Positions 1 through 10,828 of a stretch of 64,000 bases of DNA are shown here, one piece after another. This DNA comes from Bispira polyomma. Its lineage: Eukaryota. The stretch's first letter is position 1. Every line of letters begins with the position of its first letter. Position numbers and translations under genes: made by a program. The notes under the pieces were generated by a model that made no database searches, had not been told where the DNA came from, and saw nothing but the letters and a program-made list of their open reading frames with translations. The stretch is from the NCBI GenBank assembly GCA_965649765.1, contig OZ287756.1, positions 57,350,001 to 57,414,000 on the forward strand, read 5' to 3'.

Positions 1-136
1 TCCATAACGAAGGAGTTGCAATGGAGAATGCTGTGGATCCATCCTTCCTGGTGGGTCTGACCAATGAAAAAGACAGCCTTAGAGGATGTTCTCATCAATA
101 TGACGCTATATATATATATATATATATATATATGTC

Positions 137-382
137 TCAATTTATTATTATTATTATATTTGCATGATTTTTCAATGGTGTATTCAATGGAATTTGGATT
201 TTGTTTTTCAATTTTTTACAATTTGTCAGATAGTTTGTACTACTGTGAATTTTACCTGATGTTTTATTTTTCTTTGTCATTGCTGTGTTAAAATCGCCCA
301 TCAATAATGAGTAATAGCTATCTGACATAAAATCATTAATACTTTCATTTAAAGTTGTTAAAACTAATTTTATTTTAGGCAA
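137..382 (-). pseudogene. LINE apurinic endonuclease (APE) remnant
   Basis: Contains the LLMGDFN motif typical of the non-LTR retrotransposon APE domain; short and degenerate. Confidence 0.45.
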
Positions 383-1479
383 CAGCTTACACCTCTCTTG
401 GTCACATTCAGTTCCTAAAATTTCACAATTTAATATACTACTTTATCCGCCTCTGGAATGTACTGAATATGTAAATAAGTGAATTACTGTACCACCCCAT
501 GTTCTATTTCAATCATCCACGAACACTTATAGTAATAACATTTATATTCTTTGGTACCATTTTTTAAAACTTTAAATTACCGATTTTTCATCTACCTGTG
601 TGGTTTTGGAGTGCAGAAAAAACATTGTACTGCTTTCCTTTACCAACTGCCTACACAGTCATTGAAAGCAATGTTAAAATAAAATGAATATAAAAGTTGC
701 AACCCCTTATGTTTGAAGTCTTTCTCCCCAACATACCCACTGATCTATGCTGCCACACTGTTAGCTGAAGCAACTTGTGCTGTAACAACAAGTGGATCCA
801 TTTTAAACATGACACCTATACCTTGTTGGTTATCAACTTCCTTGTAACCAAAGCAATGCACAGAAGTAAATCAAGCATATTAAGGAATGGGACCTGTTTG
901 GAGAAATGGGTCAGTATGAACACAGACCATATTATTATATGTTGTGACATATACCTGGGTTCTATGTAACTTTCTATATATGTGATATTCTAATCCTAAA
1001 GCGTGTGTTATATCAACAGCAAGATTGACATATCACTGATATTGTCATTAAACTTACATGAATAAGCTAAAAATCATTCAACTTTGTTGCCTATATGGAC
1101 AAAGGTAAGTGTGTATTTTAGCGCTTACCATGTGAGTTAATGAATTTTTAGGCTTCACCTCAAAACCGACTTGGAAACGAATGTTATATGTATAGAATAT
1201 TGTTGTTCTTGTTCCTGTAACAGCCTCAATTCACCTGATGAAATCAATTCATGGACATTTTTGCACTTTATTAAACCATTCTTTCGTACCTTATAATGAT
1301 TGTTTATTTTATGATCATAATGTCTTATCAAATATTCTAAAATAGTAGGCTTTGCAACGCCCATAAGCATGTCTTTTGCGCATTGCATAGTAGGTTGTTT
1401 ACACGGTTTCATCAATATCCCTTGACACTATTCCGTATTTCAATCAATAAATTAAGCTTTCTCACAATGTTTTCATGAA

Positions 1480-1860
1480 AGAGTGATAATAGTCCAAGAA
1501 ATACCATATTAACCTATATGTCAGTCTTATGCAGGACGCAATAGAGTTAGGGGTAGACACAGCTAAAAGGGACACAGCTTCAGGAAGCAGAAAAAGGTCA
1601 CATTACATGGCAAAATATTGATCTCATAGAGAAAATTAGGGCTAGAAACACCCAATGAGTGAGTCACCCTTCTTCTGAGTATAAATATAACCAGGGTGGT
1701 GTTACTTAGTCCAAAGTATGTACCTTGTTCAATAAGGACAGTTGTCACCTTGAAAAAGATCACATAACACGTGGTATCAAATATGAGCACTATTGCAGTT
1801 ATTGTTTTAAGGGTCGCAAGCATGACCACCTTATGTCAAAATGTGTTCGGCAAAAAATAT
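1480..1860 (+). pseudogene. gag: E2 gag remnant (C-terminal half with zinc knuckle)
   Basis: Frameshifted pieces NTILTY..LMQDAIELG..AK, QEAEKGHITWQNIDLIEKIRAR and CTLFNKDSCH..H..HYCSYC..H..C align with the E1/E3 Gag (LMEDA.DF.W..AK, EEGKVTW..LDRIRRA, C..F..G.C..H..H.C..C). Confidence 0.75.
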
Positions 1861-3835
1861 GGTAACAGGGAACAACGTGTTTAACAGAAAATTAAATAAG
1901 CCACAAAATGTTGACCACAGTTTTTTTACTCAAAGACTGTCTAGACAGTGGCTCGGGTGGTGGAAAAATTGACAAAAAGCAGATTTACAAACATGTAGCA
2001 AGGGTTATAACAAGAAGTTAATTACCATGACCAATAGTGTTGAAGTTAAAGGTTATGTAACTCTACGTTAGGAATAATAACGTACTTGTCTAAGTAAGCA
2101 GTACTAAATTAAATCCTATGGTAAATAGCTTTGTTTATACGGGTAAACGCTTCCCTGTCAATTTTAAAGAAAATGTTTTTGTATAATCAGATATAAGCAT
2201 AGGCGATGTAGCCTTTGTTAATTTACAGTTGAATCATAAATGTCAACATTCTATTGTTAATAGTAATGCACCCGAAATAGACACTGTAGCTACTAGCACA
2301 GTTAACATAAATATTATATATAATATAGGCAGTGTCGAGTTTAAAACCAAATCAAATGGTAATGACGGCATATTGTCTTGTATAAATAATATAGTCTTGA
2401 ATCCAAATGCTAAAACTTTTGAGTGCTTAAATACACATGGTTTACCCATGTTGGCTGCTGCACCTATTGGCAATACTAGTATAAATGATGTATTACAAAA
2501 CACGTGCTACATTAGCATAAATGGTTTTGCAAATAGTATTGAAACACACGATGGATGTTTTTCTAGTATAAATGAGGCATGCTCACAGACTAATATAATC
2601 TGTCATGTTTTTAATGTTATGAAAGTTAGTCCTTTGGGGAAAGTTCCTTTAATGGAAGTGACAATACTAACATGTATAATAAGAACTCGTATTATCCTGA
2701 AAAGACAAATGGCACTGATTATTACAATGAGCTAATTAACAGTTTCAGTAATGAAAACACACTAATGTTATAGCTGGGCTGGGTGTTAAGGTCATGTAGG
2801 CGAGTACAAAAGTGGTTGCTTTATTCATCACTGGAACCACCTTCAGGCGTGACTCTTATACTGGAAATGAAAACTGGAAATATAGTAATAGGAACTTGTA
2901 TGGTCAATTGAGCAATGATTGCTGAGAAATACAAGAATGGAAAAACTATGTCCCCTTGTATGAATGTGGGTATGAGGACATAGACAGTTACGTTGGTTTG
3001 GGCTATAACGGATCTAGTCATAACGACCTAGTACAGCCCTCTACCCTTCACAACTTCACAAGTGAGGTCAGTAATTATGTCAATTTTAGTAAAGTCTTCT
3101 TTTAGTAGTAACGTAAGTCATAATAGTTCAAACCAGTGTGCGAAATTTCCGGTGGCCCGTGGCCACTACTTTATGGGAAGAGCCACTTCCTTTCAAATTC
3201 CGGTGGCCCATTGGCCACCTTATTTCCGGGGCTTCGATTATTTTTTAACTACGCACGCCAACAGTATAATTTGAGTACCAGACTGTTTCATTTTTATTCG
3301 GAAAGCATGCCCAGACGAATTTTTACCATAAAACTTTTTCATTTTATTGAATAGGAAGGATATGGATGAGAACTCCTCATATTGTTAAATTTAAATATTT
3401 TATACATTTGTAGTAGTTTTGTATGTGATCTTTATATTTTCTAATTAAAAGCGAATTTTACACATATTTTACTAATTTCATCTATTATCGCCCAGTGCTC
3501 TCGCTGCTAACTGGCTAGCCTCGTCTTTGCTAGTGCTGTAATTTTCAAATTTTAAACCCATCTTGTGGCCCTTTCTTTGGGGTTAAAGCACCTAGCTTGC
3601 TTTTATTTTAAATTTCGAATTCAGTGCAAATTCAGTGTTTCACAGTTATCTCGAGCCCTCTGGCCTCTCATTCGAAATTAATTTATATAATTAAAACTAT
3701 TTTCGGCCCATCTTCTGGCCCTCAATTGGGGTTAAATGACTAGGCTTGCTCAATTAATAAATTTCAAATTCAGTGTTTCACAGTCAACTCGACCCCACTT
3801 GTCGAGGGACTGATAAATTTTTAGCCATTTTCTTC

Positions 3836-4390
3836 CAGTGCCCTACCCAAGTAAACTTGTATATGTGATGTAACACAGGAAAATAACAAGAAAGGTAGGT
3901 TTTGGGGATATTAGCTTTAATTTTACTATGTTATCACTAATAATTATTTACATACTGTGTAGTAAGGGGCCACCTTAGCCCCAAGAGTTTAGGAGAAGTT
4001 AAGAGTTTAAGGTGACCTTAGCCTGAGGACAACAGGCCAAAGTGACCAAAGGGATTTTTAAAATTTAAGGGGGGGGGCCCTAGCTTGAAAGTTAGGGCTC
4101 CCTAAGATTGAGTTTAAGGTTAAGGGTAGCCCCAACTTGGAAGTCAGGGTTACCAAAGATTGAAATTTTTAAGGTTGAATTTAGGGGTACCCTAACTTGA
4201 AGTTAGGGTACCCTTAGAATGAGTTTAAATTTAAGAAAAATGGTAACCTTAGATTTTATTTGAGGTTGCCAAAAGAGATTTAGTAAAGATGTAAAAGGAT
4301 TAAATTAGTATAAGGTAAGGTGGCCCCAAAATATTTATATTTAAGCATTATTATATTTTATTTGTATATAATGTATGTAAATAAAGCCCC
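3836..4390 (-). repeat. E1 split direct repeat B2
   Basis: Near-identical to 5487-6043 (a few substitutions/indels). Confidence 0.95.
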
Positions 4391-5291
4391 CAAAAAGGGT
4401 AAAATCGAAGTTAAAAACCATGGTACTAGCTAATAGACTAAAAACTGTGCTGCTCACTAATAAAGTCCATGAGAGTAGCAAAAACTCACTAGACCTTAAA
4501 CCCCTAGCATATACAATTACCATGGCTTACAGAGAACATGCATACAGACATGAGCAAAATATAAATCGAGTAGCTGTTGTCTTCCAGGAGGGCAGTGCTT
4601 GCTTGTATAGAGTTCATTCCTGACTGAGCCACAAGAGATCCATGAATCCCGTATGCCTGAAACTACATGCTTACAGTTCAACATGTGATCACAAAGCTAC
4701 CAAATGCACTTGCACACAACATGATGTGCAATGCATTGTAACGTTATACTAGCAACCACACCAGGTTGCGAAATACAAACATTTTACAAATCCAGTCCTC
4801 GTAACGAGGAACAACATTACTAGTTATACTTTACATGCTATTATAACAACAAAAAAGGATGCCACTTCACATACTGTATACGTATAAATCATGCTGCCTG
4901 ACGCAGGATATTTGACAACATTATCAATTTGATATACAACAAAGGGAACACCCTGAAGACAATAAAGTAACGTACAATTGATAACAACAAAAGGAGACGC
5001 AACCTCAGCAGCAAGCAGCTACCTACAAGAAAGTGTTGGCCCCTAAGGGCCCTGGTGTTACCCAGAAAATATGGGAGATAAGTCACCTGAGGCCCCAGAA
5101 GGCCCCCAAGGGCGAGGAACTGTGAAGGCCAGCAGTAATGCATAACTCGTGGGCCCACAGCCCCGAGCCCCCACCCCCCTGCGCCAAGGTGTAAAGTGAG
5201 ACTTCAGGAACCCCAGGGACTGCATGCAGCACTCCAGGGACGGACGCATAGCTGAAAACTACCGAGGAAGTAGAAGGGGCAAGTGGGTGGG

Positions 5292-5486
5292 TAATGTAAA
5301 ATATTAAAGATGGCGTTGTTGCCTACATGACTTCACAAGTATAAGTGAGGATTCTAGCTAAAAAGCGGGAAACAGAGGTTAATTAGTACACAAATCGCCA
5401 ATTAGGAGAGGGTTTAAAGGGCATGAACCCAAGGAGGAAAATACTGGTAGCACTGAACTTGCTATCCCCTACGGTGCTACCCCGCA
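5292..5486 (-). repeat. E1 split direct repeat A2
   Basis: 195 bp, appears identical to 10829-11023; directly abuts B1. Confidence 0.95.
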
Positions 5487-6043
5487 CAGTGCCCTACCCA
5501 AGTAAGCTTGTATATGTGATGTAACACAGGAAAATAACAAGAAAGGTAGGTTTTGGGGATATTAGCTTTAAAATTTTACTATGTTATCACTAATAATTAT
5601 TTACATACTGTGTAGTAAGGGGCCACCTTAGCCCCAAGAGTTTAGGAGAAGTTAAGAGTTTAAGGTGACCTCAGCCTGAGGACAACAGGCCAAAGTGACC
5701 AAAGGGATTTTTAAAATTTAAGGGGGGGGGCCCTAGCTTGAAAGTTAGGGCTCCCTAAGATTGAGTTTAAGGTTAAGGGTAGCCCCAACTTGGAAGTCAG
5801 GGTTACCAAAGATTGAAATTTTTAAGGTTGAATTTAGGGGTACCCTAACTTGAAGTTAGGGTACCCTTAGAATGAGTTTAAATTTAAGAAAAATGGTAAC
5901 CTTAGATTTTATTTGAGGTTGCCAAAAGAGATTTAGTAAAGATGTAAAAGGATTAAATTAGTATAAGGTAAGGTGGCCCCAAAATATTTATATTTAAGCA
6001 TTATTATATTTTATTTGTATATAATGTATGTAAATAAAGCCCC
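5487..6043 (-). repeat. E1 split direct repeat B1
   Basis: Copy of 3836-4390; begins a few bases after the YR stop. Confidence 0.95.
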
Positions 6044-6052
6044 AAAGCCCAA

Positions 6053-7099
6053 CTAGGAAGTAGTAGAAGGGGCAAGGAGGGCCTTGAAGGTGAGGGCGAC
6101 TTGGTCAGATGCATTGTGATCCTGTACAATATATTTCCACACACAATCAGACGTCCAAGTGCCATGGCTCTGGATATCTTGAATTGGGACATTATTGTTG
6201 AAGGCCCAGGTGGCACCTGAACGCCTGAAGGTGTGGAAAGAAATGTTTGATTGCTGGAGGCCAAGACGCCTCAAAATTTGGGTGAGATTTTGCCTAGCTT
6301 GGGTGTCAATCATTGGAGACCATTTATGGTGTTTTTTAAACTGAAAGAGAGGAGAATTTTTGTGTCCAGGAGTAATAGCCAGCAAGGCCCTTGTGGCAGC
6401 CACCGGACAGAGACTAGAGCCACTTAGGCTCGGTATTTTAATAACTTTTGCTACATTCTTTGACTGCATTGTTTTAGACCACTTTATTATGAGGTGGAGG
6501 CCAGGGGAGGCAAAAAGTACGTCCCCCCGGGCCAATAGGACAAGTGGAGAGAATTGAGAGACAGCATGTGGAAGTAAGTTAGATATTCTAAGAAAAGAAA
6601 AGAAGGCAATGAGGTACAGAGCCTTGAAGATCTGCCCCATGTACATGCTGTCACAGATTTGAGTAATTTGGAGCAAGAGGGGAATGTCAATAATAGCGTT
6701 AATTTTAGCCCTGAAGGGGCTATTGAGTGTAAGAGCTTTTTGGTAATACTTAATTCTAGGATCTGCAAATGCAGAGACGTCAAGGCCATAGAGGGCCAAT
6801 TTAGCTTTAACTGCCAAAAGGTAGTTTGCAATGGAGGGGGAAGAGACCTGATTAACCACTAATACTTCTAAGAAAGCCAATATAATAAGGGAGGAGATAT
6901 TTTGAGGCCTGACCTGAGCAAAACTACAATAGGCCAAGAATATCCTAAACATATTTGTATAGGCCCTTTCAGTGGCTGGTCTAAAGGCCTGATGGGCTCT
7001 GTATGAGGCTTGTGTAGCAATCTTTCTTAGCTTGGAAGGTACATCTGCAATTAGATAGACCAATCTATTTCTAACATTGTGTCTTTTACTTTTACCCAT
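6053..7099 (-). CDS. E1 tyrosine recombinase (probable exon start 7044, spliced to gag)
   Basis: Catalytic motifs LRISNL (R), WSKT (K), HTFRR (HxxR), HGTW and terminal Y (WKYI) are all present. Confidence 0.93.
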   Translation of the reverse strand: MGKSKRHNVRNRLVYLIADVPSKLRKIATQASYRAHQAFRPATERAYTNMFRIFLAYCSFAQVRPQNISSLIILAFLEVLVVNQVSSPSIANYLLAVKAKLALYGLDVSAFADPRIKYYQKALTLNSPFRAKINAIIDIPLLLQITQICDSMYMGQIFKALYLIAFFSFLRISNLLPHAVSQFSPLVLLARGDVLFASPGLHLIIKWSKTMQSKNVAKVIKIPSLSGSSLCPVAATRALLAITPGHKNSPLFQFKKHHKWSPMIDTQARQNLTQILRRLGLQQSNISFHTFRRSGATWAFNNNVPIQDIQSHGTWTSDCVWKYIVQDHNASDQVALTFKALLAPSTTS

Positions 7100-9501
7100 T
7101 TGGGATTCGGTACCAGTTGTAGTAACTTGTCCTTATTACTGGCCGTGATCTGCCATCTGGAGAGGAGATCAGCCACTGTATTAAGTCTACCTAAAATGTG
7201 AATGGTTTTAAGGCTGATGTCATGGGAGGCTACGGCCATGAAGATGTTTCTGGCAATAGCTGCCAAAGTGAGGTCTTTAGTTTTGCCTGAATTTAGGATA
7301 GTGACCACGGCAGCATTGTCGCATTGCAATATTAGCCTCTTACCTGCCCAGGCTGACTTCCATAGCCTAATGGCAACTAGGATGTTTAACATTTCCAAAT
7401 GAACTATCATGAAATCTAGGTAGCCTAGAGGAATTTGGAATTGGTATACTTCATCATTACAACGGCCTCCCAACCCTTGGAGGCACGCATCCAACTGAAT
7501 ACAATCGGTAGTGGGTTTGTGTTCAAAGAAGGCTTTTCCATTAAATGTTGGTAAAAATTTTTTAAACCAATTTACATCCTGATGAAACTCAGGTGTGAGT
7601 TTTACTTTTTGATCCGAGCCTACAGATCTTAGGACGTCAAGCATTCGGTTTAAGAAAGCACGTGAAACTCGAACACATTTGGATACATATAACAATTTAC
7701 CTAGCAGTGACTGCAACTCCCTCTTACTGCAGCAGTTTCTTAATTGCCAGTCTTGCACAAGTGTGTTTATTTCTAGTAGCTTTTCATCTGGCAATGAGAT
7801 TGTCAAGTCATTTGTGTTAACTAAGACCCCCAGACACGTTACTGACGTGCTGGGGTGAACAAGTTTCTTGTGACTAATCGCAAAGCCTAGTTCCTGGAGT
7901 AAGTTTAGCAATATATCAAATGAACGTTTACTTTCTATGACGTCACCATAGCCGATTACGTCGTCGATATAATTGGTGACGTCATGTCCGTGACGTTTCA
8001 TGATGTACCTGACGGCGTCACTTAATCGCTGAAAAATTGCGCTCCCGTGCCGAAAACCAAATGGGAGGCAAGAGTCGACATAGTATTTGTCTAATTTCAA
8101 GCCTAGTAGATTGTAATCGGCTGGATCCATTTTCACGTGACGAAATGCCCGACTTACGTCAATTTTATATAGGAGCGTTCCACGTCCCATGCGACAGACT
8201 TTGTTTGTAATTGTGTCAATTGTGGGAAGGGTTAATGCAAACGCAGTACCGAGATACTTATCCTTGACTACAGCCGAGTTCACAGAGTTGCCATGAGGAA
8301 AGCTTAAATCTATGATAACGCGCCTGTGTGCGGCACCTGGTTTTTCCCTAGTCATAAAGGGAGAAATATGGAGGTTTTTTATGGGGGCCTTATGGAAAGG
8401 GCCCAACATGGCACCTAACTCAGTCTCTTCTTTTAAATACGCATGCACATCATCTGGAAATTGTGTTGCAGATGAATGATTCTGTTCTGTATGAGATAAC
8501 TTGCTGTCGGGATTAAAATCGAGGGGAAACCCATATCTTATCAAAAAAGGGAGTTGTTTATCCCAGTAGTCAGTCAAGTACTTTTCCCATACATCTGGGT
8601 TCAACTCAGATTTCAATTGAACTTGTGCCCCCATATAATTTGGGTAGTTGTCCTTCTTAATGTGAGTGTGTAATTCTAACAGAGACTTATCCGACTTTAC
8701 TCGTTTATCCGTTTGGGGAACTCGGAGGTCATTTAGCGGAATAAACCCATACTTATCTGTAGTTTGAGTATCCCATTGCTGGAACTGAGGCTGGTTGGAA
8801 GCCTGTTTTATAAGTTCCCTGTTTTTCGATTTAGTTTGTAGCTCTAGGTCATATTTGTCTGATTTGATTCCCCCAGTAGCTCGAGAGAGTATTTTAAAAC
8901 CTTGACCCTGGTTACAAGTATCTGGTAAATGTGTGACAGAGTTGTCACTAATGTGCATATAATGGTCATTGTCACTCAACGGGGAAAACCTATTGTGAGT
9001 GGAAACGGGCCATTTGCCCTGCATGTCTAATTTTGTGATTTCCAGCTTTTGGCCAAATTGATCACCTTTTGTTGGAGGGAGTTTACCCATTTTTGACATT
9101 ACATTATGCCTCTGTACACTTGTGAAAGGAGAAGCATCTTTTGTGAAAGTTTTAACACTCACTCTGTGGCCCCGTTCATGCTTTGTGGACCCCTCTGAAA
9201 TTTGGTTGTTATTTAAACATGGTGAATATTTAACGTGGTGACTTTGCCACCTCTGAGTCACATTGGCACTTTGTACAGAAAACTTTATGGCAGCAGACCT
9301 GGAGGGAGCCTTTCTTTTAACCACATCAGCATAAGATCTATTTACAAATTTGGCCCAATCTGCCCTCCAATGTGTACTGGCAGTATTACATTTAAGACTA
9401 TTATACACGGTTCTAGTAGGACAACCTTTAGAAATATTTACAACTTTTTGTGCAAGTTTTTTCTTGACCACCTCTTGTGTGGAGGAAACATGGGGTGGCA
9501 C
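7051..9501 (-). CDS. pol: E1 Pol: reverse transcriptase and RNase H
   Basis: RT motifs KIDVSRAFRH, LPFG, YIDD, CLG; RNase H motifs DACLQG, HLEMLN, CDN, ADLLSR. Lies in the -1 frame relative to gag. Confidence 0.95.
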   Translation of the reverse strand: MPPHVSSTQEVVKKKLAQKVVNISKGCPTRTVYNSLKCNTASTHWRADWAKFVNRSYADVVKRKAPSRSAAIKFSVQSANVTQRWQSHHVKYSPCLNNNQISEGSTKHERGHRVSVKTFTKDASPFTSVQRHNVMSKMGKLPPTKGDQFGQKLEITKLDMQGKWPVSTHNRFSPLSDNDHYMHISDNSVTHLPDTCNQGQGFKILSRATGGIKSDKYDLELQTKSKNRELIKQASNQPQFQQWDTQTTDKYGFIPLNDLRVPQTDKRVKSDKSLLELHTHIKKDNYPNYMGAQVQLKSELNPDVWEKYLTDYWDKQLPFLIRYGFPLDFNPDSKLSHTEQNHSSATQFPDDVHAYLKEETELGAMLGPFHKAPIKNLHISPFMTREKPGAAHRRVIIDLSFPHGNSVNSAVVKDKYLGTAFALTLPTIDTITNKVCRMGRGTLLYKIDVSRAFRHVKMDPADYNLLGLKLDKYYVDSCLPFGFRHGSAIFQRLSDAVRYIMKRHGHDVTNYIDDVIGYGDVIESKRSFDILLNLLQELGFAISHKKLVHPSTSVTCLGVLVNTNDLTISLPDEKLLEINTLVQDWQLRNCCSKRELQSLLGKLLYVSKCVRVSRAFLNRMLDVLRSVGSDQKVKLTPEFHQDVNWFKKFLPTFNGKAFFEHKPTTDCIQLDACLQGLGGRCNDEVYQFQIPLGYLDFMIVHLEMLNILVAIRLWKSAWAGKRLILQCDNAAVVTILNSGKTKDLTLAAIARNIFMAVASHDISLKTIHILGRLNTVADLLSRWQITASNKDKLLQLVPNPKWVKVKDTMLEIDWSI

Positions 9502-9531
9502 TGCATCACTGCAGTGCCTTACTCGTTTTTT
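9497..9531 (-). promoter_or_regulatory. -1 ribosomal frameshift signal, E1 gag/pol
   Basis: A_AAA_AAC in the gag frame (9531-9525), 6-nt spacer, then hairpin GGCACTGCA-GTGA-TGCAGTGCC. The -1 frame runs directly into pol. Confidence 0.8.
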
Positions 9532-10493
9532 AACGGATATTTTTTACAGTCTTTTGCAGGGTGGGGGTAAGACCTCCCATTTTGAAAGCATTGGTTACAC
9601 ACATGACTATATGACACACCTTTGAATTTGTGATCCCCTTTTTGGGGGCAAGTACCCCTCTGGAAGTACCTACATGGGATGGACTTCTCATGACTTTTCC
9701 TGGTGTTGGTTTGATAATTACTACTTGCAGTCTGGCTGACAACCCTTTGGGCATGAGCCCGTCTAATCCTGTCCAACTTGTGGGCATCTCCCCAGGTTAC
9801 CTTACCCTCTTCCATTTTACAGAGTACAACGGCATGGCTAGCCTTAGCCGAAGTCCAGGAAAAGTCATGAGCGTCCTCCATGAGGTCAGTGAGATAGTCC
9901 AACATTTGGTTTTTAACGTCTAAATTACTTTCATCTCTAGCTATGCTGGCAAAACCAGAGACCCACTGGGCCATTGACAACGCGTCATACGTAACTCGTG
10001 TTTTGTTTTGTCCCCCTAGTATAACGTTCTGAGGCCAAGCCACCTTATTCTTCACCCACAGAGTGTCGGGACCCCCTCTTTGAGATTTTGACGTACCTGA
10101 CTCGTTAATGGCCACCAATTCCTTAAGACGTGAATCCACTGCAGTCTGTAAGGAGTCGGATGTACGTAGTGTGTGTAGCGTCGGAACCAGTAGCTCAGAA
10201 GTGGTTTGGTCCGCCTGTCTAGGTTGGGCTGCACTCCCCGGGCTCGACGCCGTCAAAGCCTGGGCTCCATGTGAACTGCGATAAACTTGCTGCTCAACTT
10301 GGGTCATACGCCCACTTAATGCTTTGAGTTCAGTCAAAATTTGTAAATTAACGTCGGCAGCAGTTACACCATCGCCAGTCACAGAGTTCTGCTGGGAGGT
10401 TCCCACACCGATATGCATTTTACAGTTTTCATCAACGGGCTTAACATGACTAGTTTCACACTTGTGACAGTAATATTGTTTCCTTGGGGCCAT
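9519..10493 (-). CDS. gag: E1 Gag-like protein
   Basis: N-terminal CxxC..H..C, coiled coils and C-terminal Cys/His zinc knuckle; homologous to ORF1 of E3 and E4. Confidence 0.9.
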   Translation of the reverse strand: MAPRKQYYCHKCETSHVKPVDENCKMHIGVGTSQQNSVTGDGVTAADVNLQILTELKALSGRMTQVEQQVYRSSHGAQALTASSPGSAAQPRQADQTTSELLVPTLHTLRTSDSLQTAVDSRLKELVAINESGTSKSQRGGPDTLWVKNKVAWPQNVILGGQNKTRVTYDALSMAQWVSGFASIARDESNLDVKNQMLDYLTDLMEDAHDFSWTSAKASHAVVLCKMEEGKVTWGDAHKLDRIRRAHAQRVVSQTASSNYQTNTRKSHEKSIPCRYFQRGTCPQKGDHKFKGVSYSHVCNQCFQNGRSYPHPAKDCKKYPLKNE

Positions 10494-10828
10494 AGCCTCT
10501 GAATAATATAAGAACTCGTGGCTTTGATACCTGCAACTATACTAAAGGAACTGTAACGCGATAATCTGAATTGAATTATGTAATCAGGCAAATAGCCGTG
10601 AATTGGATGCAATATAATTGATTTGACCACGTTCCTTTACCACCGCTCAAACGAGCATATAATCGCAGGACTCAAAGTAGAGTAAAACACAGGAATCCAG
10701 CACAAGCACTGCAGATCAGGTCCTCCTTAGTGTGTAGCAGCACTTAGTGAATCATTTGTTGCATTTCTTGTTTCCATCACACAGATAATAAAATCAGTGA
10801 AGTAAAAATAAAACACATAAAAGTAAAA

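Noticed and set aside
3781-3815. Hairpin CAGTC..CTCGAC..GTCGAG.GACTG near the E1 end, resembling the E3 terminus
   Set aside because: It is 20 bp outside the element within an internally duplicated part of the host MITE, and the similarity is short enough to be chance.
4391-5291. Spacer as a guide/bridge RNA encoding the target site, or as an extra hydrolase ORF
   Set aside because: No match to the flanking target sequence was found by eye, and the short ORFs are not conserved between elements.
7051-7300. Classification as DIRS1- or PAT-type
   Set aside because: No methyltransferase domain after RNase H and no long inverted terminal repeats; split direct repeats without MT fit Ngaro.
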